This document shows, piece by piece, positions 37,840 through 51,230 of a DNA stretch of 64,000 nucleotides. A program made the translations under genes and the position numbers. The stretch lies in the NCBI GenBank assembly GCA_964247055.1, contig OZ176053.1:5952001-6016000 (forward strand), written 5' to 3'. Position 1 is the stretch's first letter; every line of letters starts with the position of its first letter. Source of the stretch: Paragordius varius (lineage: Eukaryota; Animalia; Nematomorpha). The notes under the pieces are model-generated. The model made no database searches and was not told the origin of the DNA. It saw only the letters and a list, made by a program, of their open reading frames with translations.

Positions 37840-39440
37840 CTACTTTTATATCCCAGAGTGATATAAAACTTTATCTCAAAAAGTATTTAAGGTATTATGC
37901 CGAATTTAAAAATATGCTTTTTTAGCCTTTTAGGCGCACACTGCAATTTTTTTTAAAATACGGCTTATGTGAATTTGAGCCGGCTTAATCACATGGATTA
38001 CTAATCGAGGTGATTGAGCTTGGTGAAAGTTTTGAGTCCGGCTTTTTCAGCGGATATCTCGAGAATTAAAGATTTGAAATCTGAAAAACTCTATTAGCCT
38101 AAATAAAGTAAATATAATCTATTTATATGGTAGGTTATGAAAATTTTGAAGATGTATCATTAAAATTTTTCGGGCAAATGCTTACTAAAGTTTATAATGT
38201 TTTGGTGCTTTATTTTTATATATTTAAGCAAGAAATACTAGTCTGATAAATAAGTTATCTTACTATAGTTAAATGGGATTTCCCAAACATGAAAGGGGTG
38301 TACGTGCTATTTTGTAAGCAATTCAATTAAATATTTATAATATCTCAGATATAGACTGGATCATGGATTATGATTAACATATGTTTAAGGGAGGTGATTG
38401 AGTTTTGAGGCGGTAATTTTGAAAATTGATAATGATGGATAACACTTCTTCTAAACGGAATTTATATGTGGGTCTTATTAAAATCCTTATCTCAGACTTT
38501 TTTGCTGCTATTTTTTTTCTATAAATTTTTAAATCACTAATGTAACAGGCAAATAAATGAATATTATGGTGAGAAAATGAAATAAACTTTAAAAAGTTTT
38601 CATGCTACACCAAAAAAATCTTGATATTTTTTAATTTTAATATCAGCTGTTCGTTTCAATTGTGTTTTAGAGCTGTCCCAATTTTAACACTTCGATTCAA
38701 ATTGGGGTATCTAAATACCCCAGACTAAATTTAAATTAATATTTTTTAAAAACTACTGTAGGAAACGGTCCCAATTTAAATTTATGCTTCTATCCTAATA
38801 AAAATTATATAAATATGCCAAAATATCTTGATAAAATTTTGTTTTGAAAAAAAAGTTCCATCTCAAACTACTTCGACGCCATTTTTATTTTACAAAATTT
38901 TTGCAAAATATCGTCTTAATTTAATTTTAAGGGTAAAATTAAAGCTAATTTTTTATATAATTTACATCTAACATTGATAGAAATAGAAAAAGCGGTTTAT
39001 TTTGTATTATTTTTTAATTTTACAATTTGACACATGTCACGTTGACGAAATTTTTACCTTTCGGTTTTAGCTTAAAATAAGTAATATCAAGTTGTACTGA
39101 ATAATTTTTTTTATATATTTCGGTTTATTAATGTTAAATAAGTGCAAAATTTTGCCAATACTTCCATACTTTTTAAAATATTTGATTTTAAACAGGCCTG
39201 GGGTATCCAACTACCCCAATTGAATCGAAGGACTAAAATGAGTGTGTTGTATCCAAGTGTTAAATTCTAGTTGTCACAAAACTGTAAAAAACTTTTTGTA
39301 ATACATGAAGTTTGATAATTAAATTTTAACTAAAACAACTTTAAATATATTTTAACAAAAATGAGCTCTGGAACATAAAACCAACCCAATGTGTCAAATA
39401 GGACAAAAAGGTTAAGAGGTTGTGAAAAACTAACATATGA
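37840..39440. repeat. Older dispersed repeat (family F) hosting the piggyBac-like insertion at 38688
   Basis: Blocks similar to 58050-58640, e.g. tttatatcccagag.gat, aaaagtatttaaggta.ta.gccgaatt, gagctgtcccaattttaa, gagctctgga, taggacaaaaag. Boundaries approximate. Confidence 0.62.
38688..39259. mobile_element. piggyBac-like TTAA MITE (family E), 572 bp
   Basis: TTAA|CACTTCGATTCAAATTGGGGTATCTAAATACCCCAG ... CTGGGGTATCCAACTACCCCAATTGAATCGAAG-spacer-AAGTG|TTAA. TTAA duplication plus subterminal inverted repeats at unequal distance from the two ends, as in piggyBac. Confidence 0.87.
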
Positions 39441-40318
39441 TAACGTATGGGGAAAATTTTATATAACGTAACCGAGGATGAATAAGCTTAAAAACATAGC
39501 GAGCAGCGATGAAGAAGTTTGAAAATTGAATAACCGTTAGGGAAATAAGCTGAAACGTTACATCAAATTACAGGTCATTAGTTAGGTCGTTGCCCATAAA
39601 AATTTGGCTGATTTTATTAAGAAACATCATTAAGTAAAGTTGTAATTGGTTTATGAAAAGATTAAAATTCGGTTTTAATTAAGGTTATAATGCGAATTTA
39701 AATAAAAAGACTAAAACAGTGCTAAAGTATCTAACACCTGGGTCGTTACCTCTAAATAAGACTGATATAGTTTAATAGCGTTACTAAGGTAAAATATATA
39801 TATATATATATATATTTATAAAAATATCCCCTATATCATCTAACAATGTCTAAAAGCTTTCATAATATATTAGCCATGTGTAGTACTATTACTAAAATAA
39901 GTTTATCGTCGTAGATATGATAATAAAGATTTATTTTAAGGTTACTTAAAAAATTTAAATAGTCTACGCTCAAACTATTTCTAATATAATTATTTGAAAT
40001 GCAATATATATCATTACAATAAAAATACCCTTTCAACTGAATATTTTGAATTTCCCTCGTGTCATTTCATCGTAAAAACATATGAATTAAAATAATCACT
40101 ATTATATATCATTGGACCAAAATTTTTATAAAGTAGCCCATTTCCCTATAAATCAACCTATAAGTTATTCAAATATATAAATATTATTTCAATATAACTA
40201 TATATATATTTATTAATTTATATATTATTTTTAAATATAATAATAGCATAAAAGGCTAGTATCACAAATTATATATTGCAATTGATAGATGGTTGAGTAA
40301 ATATTTTTATAATACTTT

Positions 40319-43300
40319 TCATGCACTTAGTGTTCGTTTTCTTTTATTGAGGAATTGAGACATAACCTTATTCGCATCCTTATATAATTGTGGTCTAACA
40401 TTGTACTGATTGTGATAAATGTTTCCAAATTTCTTGTTTATTCTTTGATTATTATCGTTTGGCTGCTTTGAATCCTTGTCTGCTGCCTTACATATTGTAT
40501 CTTTATCACTTTTTATAGATGGTTCTGAGGCAGGAAAAACTAAATCGACATCTGGGTCCATATTTTTAGTTGGAACAGTTTCGATATTAGATTGTGTTTC
40601 AGTAGCTGTTTTAATGTTGGCATTACTACTTTGCTGATATTGTGATGCTGATGGTCTAAGATACCTCTCTAATTTATCTTGTTCAGTTTGAATAAAATGA
40701 TTGACTATATTATCGACAACTTTAGCGTCTTCCTCTTCTAATGGTTCATCTGATTCATCGATAGAACCAAAGTGATTTACATCATTCATGAGGGTAGAAT
40801 ATGAAGAAGGGATTTTAAGGCTTTTCCTGTATTTCTCCTTTGTTCCTTCACCAAAATTTAATCCATTATTTAATGTGGAGGATTTCGGATGCACCAAACT
40901 TCCTATCCGTGGTTTATCAATGTGAGAATGTAGCAATGAGCCATGATGTTGATGATGTTCTTCTGATACATCCCTATCAATTTCATTTTCAAGCTCGAGG
41001 CCCAATTGATTAGAGAGGTGGGCACACTCCTCGGGGTACGAAGAGGTGGAAAGATTTGACAGAGAATTATCATTGTCGCTATTGTCCTAAATCGTAAAAA
41101 TGCATTATATTGTTAATTGGTTTACAATTATAGCAAAATGATATAAAAATCCTGAGAACTCTGATTTTGCATAATAAAGGGGCTTTATAAAATGCGCTTA
41201 CAACTAAAAATTACAATTTTAAAAAAACTATCTAGATTGGGCATATTGTTGTTATATAATATTTTGGCCAAAAGTTGGTATTTTATTAAAAAATTTACAA
41301 AAAAATAACTTCTTTAAATAAAATCTCACATCATAAAAAATGTAAAAATATATTAAAACAAACTTTGTTTTTACAATATTTTAATGGAGTATTTAGCTAT
41401 ATATACAGGTAACAAGGCTGTGTTAGCAAGTTTTTATTTAAAATAAATTATATTAAAAAAGCAAATAAACCTTGAATAATTAAATTGTATTTTATATCAA
41501 ATTATAAACTTCTTTTGGGAAAAATCGAAGCGTATCGTTTTGATTATCCATCATATCATCGAAATCATGGTATAAGTTTTGTGAAGCTAAATATTAAAAG
41601 AATGGCATTTTATTAAACGTCATTTCATATGGAATTATTTATTTATAATGATAATAGAGCGGTATGTAAATTGTTTCTAAAAATTTAATCTTACGTGAAA
41701 AATGCGATGATTTAACATTGTGAGGCTTTTTAATTTTTGATATCATCTCTACCAAATCGGTGAAAGTAGGCGAAAGATTAATCTACATAATGGAATATGA
41801 TTAAATTTTCATAAGTTGCGGTTTTTTCTCATAAAGGAGGTAAAATTATTAACTATACAATATATTTAATATAATATGTTAGTATGTTTACAACTAACCT
41901 TTCCTCGATATCATTAGAAATTAAATACAAAACAAAATAAAATCAATTCCATTTTTTTCAATACATAATAAATAATATAATAATTTGTGAGAAATTTGCC
42001 GACACCTATTATCTTCAAATATTAATTATAGGTAATTCCATATCAATGGACTGAAAATGGACATATAAATTGGAGAGTTTAATAATTTTAATAATAATTT
42101 TCGTATTTTGGCGAAAAATTGGCATATATGAACAATTTAATTATAAAAAAGAATTGTAATAAACATTTAAAAATTTACCATTGCATATGGATGCTTATTA
42201 TCCTTATCGTGAATAAAGAGTTCGTCATAATTTATATTTTGTTTCCATTCTTCAAATGCTTCCTTCCCATACTTATAACCAGTTTGCTAGAAATTTTTAA
42301 AATTGCTAAAATATAATTTGGTAACAGTTAAATTACAATAGGACTAAAATGTCCCCAACATTTAATTAAGATTAAGCATTAAATATTTCCTAGTCTAATT
42401 GAGTAAAGGCAAAAGTCATTCTCTCTTGAAAAAAGAATTTAAATATAAAAAGATTGCAAATATTAACGCACATCATTAATTTGTGACACAACACACAGCA
42501 ATAATAATTTGCGGAAAACTAAATGTTAGCTTAATTTAATTTATATTCCAAAATATCTGGTTAAGATTTATACGCAATATGCAATGAACGGCTAAAATAA
42601 GATTATTAAATCATATACTTATTAATATAAATAAGAAAATCAAAGAATTAAAAACATATTTGTGTAAAATAAAATAAATTGATATGTCAAATACATACCG
42701 ATATTTCATCAAACGAAGCAAATTGCAACGTTTTATAAGCATCAATGGGAGGCCTAAAATATTCACACATCTTATTTTGTTTGATGTCTTGCATCGTTTT
42801 GTTACCTGACACATAAGCCAGCCGCATTTGTACCTCATTCAAGTCGGGAACCTTGTAAAATAATTTTTATATGGAAAGGTTTAAATATTATAATATTTAT
42901 TAAATTGTTTTTACTAATTAAAAAACAATTTAAACAATATTAAAATTTTTAACAGTACACACATATTTCAATTCCTTTTTAACGGTTGCCCAAATTGTGG
43001 AATCGAAACGAGCTGTATTTAAATTTTACAATATTTTTAAATTTGCCCATCAAATAACTAATTCAGTATTTAATACCTATAACAGATAAAAAGATTTTTA
43101 TTAAATTGTTTAGAATATAAATTTTTCACAAATTTTTTACCTTAACAGGCATGCCCCAAGGGAAAAAATATTTTTTCCAAAGTAACCACCATCCCGACAA
43201 TTCATCACCATAGTTTGTGAAATCGTCTCGGTTTTTACTTCCGACATCAACGGCAATAATTATTTTACATCCCATTTTTTTGGCCACATCCGCTAAAATT

Positions 43301-46300
43301 AATTATATATATATATATGGTTTTATTAATATTATTATTTGCTTACATATATGAAATATATTATATTTTATATATTATAGTTGGAAATATGAAAATCCAT
43401 CCAAATCAAATGTAATTTGATCCTCAACAAAGGTAAAACAAATTTAAAATATATCAAATTGAAAATGAAATCAAGAAAAGATCCCTGTAATTTTATTTAT
43501 TATTTATCGATATTGGTAAATTTATCTCTACAGGGTATTCCTCTATTAAACTTAAACTGAGGAAATTTTATAAAGTTGTTTAAAAAAAGAAATGGTTTTA
43601 TCTATTTTTTTTGTCATGAGTATCAATATTTGCCTAATTTTTAACATGACTATATCATTTAGATCATGATAAATCATTACATAGAAAATATAACTTTATT
43701 GTCATAATACCGTACATAACTTAATTTGTGAATCATTTATTTACCAGGCAAATTATTGCAATATCCGCCATCTAACAACAAATGGCCATCAGATGGATCA
43801 CATAATGGCGGTAAATAACCGGATAGGGACATGCTTGCACGCACGTATCGCCAAAGACACCCTAAATTTAATTATGATATGTTAATTTTTCAAAATAAAT
43901 TTTTAACTAACAATTTGCCTTTATATTCTTGTTTAAATTTAATAGTTAAAATATAAGAAAACATTTTAGCATAAAAAGGATTTATATATATTTTTCTTTT
44001 AATTATGCGTATATGTTTAAACTTTATTATTTTCCTAATTTTTACATTGAATTGCAGTTAAATAAATGTAGCAAATTTAATATTCGAATCCAGATAGAAT
44101 TTTGTATTAATTTTTAAGCTAATTATAAAAATAAAGTTACAGCGATATATAGTTGTGCTTAAATATGATTAAAATAGAAAAAAACCTGATGTATGAATTT
44201 TCATATCGTAAGATGAAATATCGGTCGTAACATTAAAGTATGGAATCCACAAATCTTCAATCATTTTATCCTTAAAGACTTGTTCGATGGAATTGTTAAA
44301 AGCCGAACCGGTAAACATGGCTGTGTAAGGGTAAGTTAAATCAGTAACTTTTTTCCATATGGAAGTCATATTCTAATGTATAATTTAAAAAATTGGGTTG
44401 AATCAATGCCTGGAAATGAATATTTTTTTGGGAAAACAAACTAGCATTGAAATTCACATTAAACCACTTCATAAATTAAAAAACCACCCCTATTCATTTG
44501 TTAAGCTGAAAGGCATTTAGTGTTTAATAAAGATTTATTTGCAATCATTAATTTTGACTTATCGGTTATAAAACATTTAAACTTTTAATGAAAATGTTTT
44601 TATTTGCTAAATACGTAAGAAATAGTTAATTATTTATTAGTAATGCAAATTAAAACCACAGTATAATCACAAATACGATAGTTTCGATTCGACAAATGTG
44701 GTATCATAATCAAGTATTTTCAAAATAAAAGATCCCATTAGTGGAAACGAAACTAGTCGTATTTTTGATTATAGTGTATTTTTAATTTGATATTAAATGA
44801 TTTTTAAATTAACCTTTTGTTTTACGCTTAATAATAAAAAAATTCTAATATATTATACTATTTGATATGGATCAAATAAAATTTATTAGAACATACATTA
44901 GACCAATCTCTGGCACGCCTAGTCATATCAACGACGTCGCGATCCTCGGCATAAAGGGCGCCCATAAAAGCTCCAATACTCGTTCCTCCAATCAAATCTA
45001 TCGGGATTCCACATTCTTTCATAGCTTTTATCATGCCGACATGCGCAGCACCTCTGAAAAGAAAAAACAGAGACAATTATAAGATTTTAGTATTTGAGAT
45101 TAAAAACGAAGACCCATTTAAAATAAAAATATCCGTTAATGAAATGTGGAAACTTTCAAAAGTTCGTTATGAGGGATTCATTAGTAAGGAGTGGCTAATA
45201 TAATTAATTAACTAATTTATTAAACGTAAGCTTGATTATAAAATGTAAAAATGACTTTTATACATATCAAAATATCAAAAGCGTAACCTGGCTCCTCCTC
45301 CACCCAAGACAAGGCCAATAGATGATCCCGTTAGGAATCTCGCCAATCGATAAAAATCGTTGTCACAAAATTCAATGTTACGCTTGATGATAAGGGCCTG
45401 TAGTAATAATTAAATATGGTTTGTTCATGCTTTTTTGGATTAAAGTTATCTAATATCAATTTATAGATGGTAGACATCCTAATAAATAGAGGTTGCATTT
45501 AAAAAATGTTTCATTTTTAGAAACCTATTGATGTGGGGCTAATGTTGAGTGCTATTAATTTTTGCAAATGACCAATTAACAAAAAACGTAACTTATACAA
45601 TTATTTTATATAATATATTTGCCATAATGAAAAAACATTCGCATATAAAACCAAATTTATAATTGTTTGTAAATTTAAAAAATATAATTTTTACCTTAAT
45701 TTCATCTTCAGTTTTATCTTTCAGCTTTTCCGGATTAAAATTTGACGCGTGATACAAGAGGTCCATGTAAAAATCACCCTAAATATAAAATAAACCATAA
45801 ATAATTATTAAAAATTTTATAACTAAATTTTAAAATAAGTCAGTGAATAATTACATCATAATCAAATCGTTGTCCCGGAAAAATAGCATTTTTATCTTCG
45901 AAAAACCTGGGATCAAATACGCTTTGACGTTTACCATTTTTGGGATTATTAGAGGTCCAGGTTTGGTAGTTATTTATACCCCCAAAATTTTGAACTTGAA
46001 CGGAATTCTAACCAAACATATTATTTGAAAAGTTTGGTAATATATCTAACATTTAAACAGAACATTCAAAACCAAGCCCATTTTATTGAAATTACAAAAA
46101 TGAAAAATTAGGTTTATTGGGATTAATATTCAATAACTTTATTTAAAGTTAATATATATGAAAACATAATGATTCAGATATCATCTATATTAAACATAAG
46201 TGTACTATCCGGATTTTTATAAAAGATTTTTTTATGTTTTACGTTTCTTAAATGACCATTTCCATAGGGTGATCTCGGTGGTTTGGTTATTGGCTCTTCA

Positions 46301-49300
46301 TTGTTGTCATCGGTATACGTCGATTGGGAAGCTAAACTAGGGCGTCCATAACCTAAGAATATTATTTAATAAAATAATAAGGTTTTGAATAGAGAGAAAC
46401 ATATTAAGAATATTAAAAATCTATTTTACTGATCGAATGGTAAAAAAATATTTTAATTTATATTCAATAGATTTGTATAATCAACAGAAAAACGAGTTAA
46501 TTTAATATTAGTAAATACTAATGATCAAATATTGTATAATACGAAACTTCTATTGATTAAAATTAATTTAAATTTGTTAAGTTATGTTGAAATAGCTTTT
46601 CGGTTTTCAAAATAATTTAAACACATAAAACCTCTATTACTATTGCCATTATTGTAGTAGGAAGGGAAAAGGCGTTTTGTGTTCAAAAACAATCGTTTGG
46701 GACAGACCACGTGATGATGAGAACTAATCCAAGATCTACTATTTATCCAATCAGCTGTGGCCCGAGGAGGAACTGACCGGTCCCTATGCAATATAATAAG
46801 TTCCCGCTGTGCCCGAACCATAAAATTTTCTAATTGAACTTCAAGCTATAAACAAAATGGTTGAAAATATAATGGATCGATTCTGGGTTTAATATTTCGG
46901 TGTAATTTAGATTAAATTACAAATAAAACAGCTTAATATTTTAAATGTTTTAGCAGTGGTAAGTTAGGAAGTTTTGTAATAAATATAAAAAAAGGTTTAT
47001 TATTAAAATATAAATATATAATTATTTATATGAATATATTGGAAAATGCAAAAACAGAAGCATAGCATATGTAATTGAATTCGCTAATCCAATTAAAGAG
47101 GGGTTCAAAGTTAACCCAAATATATATATACTTAAACAAAAAATTTACAATGTGGTGTTCGTTATATTAAAAAGTTAATAAATATAGGGCATTAATTTTG
47201 TTGGTATGATGGATATATACCAAAATTTGGACTTACATGTCCAGGCAAAGGTCCCATCTCAGCCAGTGTTACAATGAGAACACAATCGGCTTGCCGAACA
47301 CACCGCCGTGTCCAATTAGTTAAATGGTAATCACATTGATAAAGAACCATGCCATGCATATCCTCTTGTTGAGCCAACCAATTCGATAATCGATATTCAT
47401 TGTAACTAATAATGTGTTTTACCATTATTAAATGAATAGGTGTGTTAAAATAAATTGGGACAAATTAATTTTACTTTAGATAAATTACGAAATGGCATTT
47501 GCTAAAATATGCAAAATTTGGAAAGTTTTCTGCCTTTATCTTTGATGGTTAAAGAATTACATTTTGAATTTCCAATATATACCATTTGCACTTGAAAAGT
47601 GTCCTTGAACACTTCAAGTTGGTCCTTAAATTTTTTGTTTTGTTTTTAACTTTTATTATTATTTTATCATTTTTAACGTATTTTCTATATTTAATATAAA
47701 CTTTAAATCAATATCAACTTATTATCATTTAGAAACCGTATATCTTTATTTATTTCAAAAAATTATTTTAAATATAAGATTTTAACACGTAATTAAAAAA
47801 TATATAAGTTTTGTGGGTTATTATTAAAAGTTTTCATTGAAAACATTTAAAAGTATTATTATTGAATTGAAAAAAATTAGTTTGAAACAGAACAGTGGTT
47901 TTTAAATAAAGTTTTTATTTTTAATTATATAAATATATAATAAATAAAGAAAATTTGATTAAAAATTAATATAATAAAAAAATAAATGCAAAAATTATGA
48001 TTAACTTAAAACTTAAATATTTTAGGGACCAACTTAAAACGTTGAAGGACACTCTTGAACTGAAAATGGTATATCAAAATTTGGTTTAAGGGTATATATT
48101 TTATAAAAGAATTTGTCTATATATAAAAATTTATATATTTCGAACTATACCTATCAAGCGAATTTTCTCCCAACTCCGATTTTATGATAAAACTGTCGAG
48201 TTTCAATGTTGGTACTAAAAAAATTATAAAATATGAAAGTTATAATTCTTTGTTTGAAATAAAATAGAAAAGCAAAAACAAAAATATATGCTTTAGTCTG
48301 TAACCAATTTAAATCACTATTCCCTAATTTTCAACTCAAAAAAATTATGTTTAAAAAATATGGTTGTCGTAATAAATAGATAGATAAGTTTCTTTAGATT
48401 ATACGTTTTGTCTATATAATTTGTCTTATAAACAAACAATTTTTGCATCCTATATTTTATTAATATAGCTAGGTTGTTTTTTTAAGAATAAGGTAAGCTT
48501 TAACGCGAAACCGTACAGATTTCAATTTGTTCACAATAATTATTAATTTTATAACATAAAAAATGGCAATTCAAAATATCATTATATGATCATATAAATG
48601 TACCAATTGAATTCAAAGCGAATTGTAATTCACACGTAAAATTGGAGATAGGAACGGATAAATTAGCTGGAACCAGGGCGATCGTTGAGAAATTTGATGT
48701 GATTGGTTTACTTTCATACCCAGGGAATTCTTTTAAAGTTGTTTAAATACTTAAATTAATATTTTTTTTTTAAATTATTTATAGTTTAAATATATATATA
48801 CTGCATAAATTTAAGGTTTAAAAAATTTTTTTTTAAAAGTATTTATAGTTTAAATGTTGATTGGCCAAGACAATAGAATCATTTGAGAGGCACGGATTGT
48901 TAGAATGTTTTCGTTGGAGTGGGAAGTGCTTGGGTATTAGTTGGCTGATTGCAGTCAAGGTCTGATGCCAGTGGTTGTTCACGTTCAGATTATTAGTATT
49001 GATATTACTTAGGGAAGTATTCAGTAGTTTGAACTTCCCACTCCAACGAAAACATTCTAACAATCCGTGCCTCTCAAATGATTCTATTGTGTTGGCCAAT
49101 AAACGCAGATTGGCTAAAATTAGCAGCAACATTACTGATTGCCGCACATTAAATATTCAATTCAAGATACAATCCAAGATTGATATATCAATCTACACTA
49201 CCTAACTATTTGCAAAGAATTAGAACTGGCTCACGCCAAAGGCCAGAACATATACCAAAAATTACATTTACTTGTCCCTCAGAACTCCAAAAATCTGGGG

Positions 49301-51187
49301 AACATAAGCAACATGGATAGTGTAATATTAACAAATAAAAAGGAAATTATCAAACGCTGGGAAGAATTCGGTATTTCTCTTTATCATGTCGACTCTTGTC
49401 CACATTCATCCATCGGCAAATTACTTAAAGCTTCTGAACTTGATCCCCCAATTTTACCTGATGAAGTTCAATACGCCTTAAAACAATTTTCATCCTCCAA
49501 CCCCTTAGGTTACAATGATATTCCAATAAAAATTCTACACACGATCCCCCGCTACTTATTAACTGATCTTTTACAAAAAGTTTTATAAACCTGTATTTTG
49601 CCGGATGATTGGATTAAATCTTTTCTCCTACCCTTTTTTAAGGGAAACCCCCATCTCTGTCAGAACTATAGAATGATCGCTATCACTAATAAACTATCCA
49701 AACTTCTTCTCAAGATTATGCTCAACAGAATCTCATCCTCACTGGACTTTGAAATATCTGAGGTGCAGGCTGGCTTTAGAGCAAAGAAAAACACTGCTAA
49801 TCACATAGTTAACCTTAATACAATAATTCGAAGATAGAATGAATTTGGAAAAAGTCTATACTGCTGCTTTTTAGACTTCAGTATGGCATTTGATACAGTC
49901 AACCACGACTGCCTATGGAACTTATTACGATCCTCCGGAGTTTCCCCGCACATAATACTCTTGCTGCAATCGCTGTATTCTAGACAAACAGCTGCGATTA
50001 AAACCCAATTCGGTCCCACCGACTGGTTTCCTATCCTCAGAGGTGTGAGACAAGGATGTGTCCTTTCTCCCCTCCTATTTAACTTATACACAGAAACATT
50101 AAAACGCAATTGTAACTTTCCCCAACATATTGGGGCACGGATCGGTGGTCTTACTATTTGCAATCTCCGGTACGCCGACGACACCATTCTCTTGTCAGAA
50201 TCCCACGGACATGACCTATCTTTAAATAATCTCACCATCGAAGCAAATTTGATGGGTTCAAACTAAGCCCAGCTAAATCTAAAATAATGATCCTAAACGC
50301 TCCACAACTACCATTTACAATCAATAACTCCACCATCGTACTAACTGATCACTGTAAATACTTAGGCTCCATAATTACATCCGACGGTAGCTCGAATCCC
50401 GACATACGAGCACGGCTAGCATTAGGACGTGCTACTATGGGTAAACTGTCCAAAATTTGGAACTCGTCGGTCATAAGATTTCCAACCAAACTTGCCATCC
50501 TGAAGGCGATGATATACCCCGTGGCAATTTATGAGTCCGAATCATGGATATGCAAATCCATTGACAAAGCCTGCATAAACTCTTTTCAAATGTGGTGCTT
50601 TCGGAAAATATTGAGAATCTTCTGGAAAGCCCACATCTCCAATTCTTATATCCTCAACCTCATCAAACCCGAATTTTTACTTCACGATAGATTTAATAAT
50701 CTTCAAACAGCTAAAATATCTGGGTCATATCCTGCGATCCGACTCGCTAGAAAAAAGCATACTCTTTGGGTTAGTAGATGGCACCCGCAGAAGGGACCGA
50801 CCCAAAAAGCGGTGGATCGACATGCTTAAATCAATAAAAAACCGACTCAATTGTTGAAGCACAGGATCGTCAAAAATGGAGAACATTAATTTATGAGAAA
50901 GCCAAGACTCACTACATGACTAGCTTATAACACACACATAGTTTAAATACATATATATAATATATGTATATACCAAATACTGGACGAGCCCAAGTTTGCA
51001 TCACCAATAAGCGTTCACTTAACAAATGTATCAATCGTGTAACCACCTAGACCGAATAAATATTATTTTACATTATATAAAATTATTTATAGACATAACT
51101 TTTCTAATTTTTAAATACCTTGGGATGATTTCGTTGGATTAAATCCAAAAGTCCATCTGGTATTTTAGCCAATTCAGTATCTCTAAA

Positions 51188-51230
<43 letters not shown>

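Noticed and set aside
39420-39790. GC-richer stretch suggesting a hidden exon or ncRNA
   Set aside because: There are stops in all frames examined and no recognisable RNA motif or stable fold by eye.
41900-42050. Good acceptor (ttttcag|TCC ATT GAT...) inside an NTE intron
   Set aside because: There is an in-frame stop after 11 codons and the flanking exons join in phase without it; at most a poison exon, which is unsupported.
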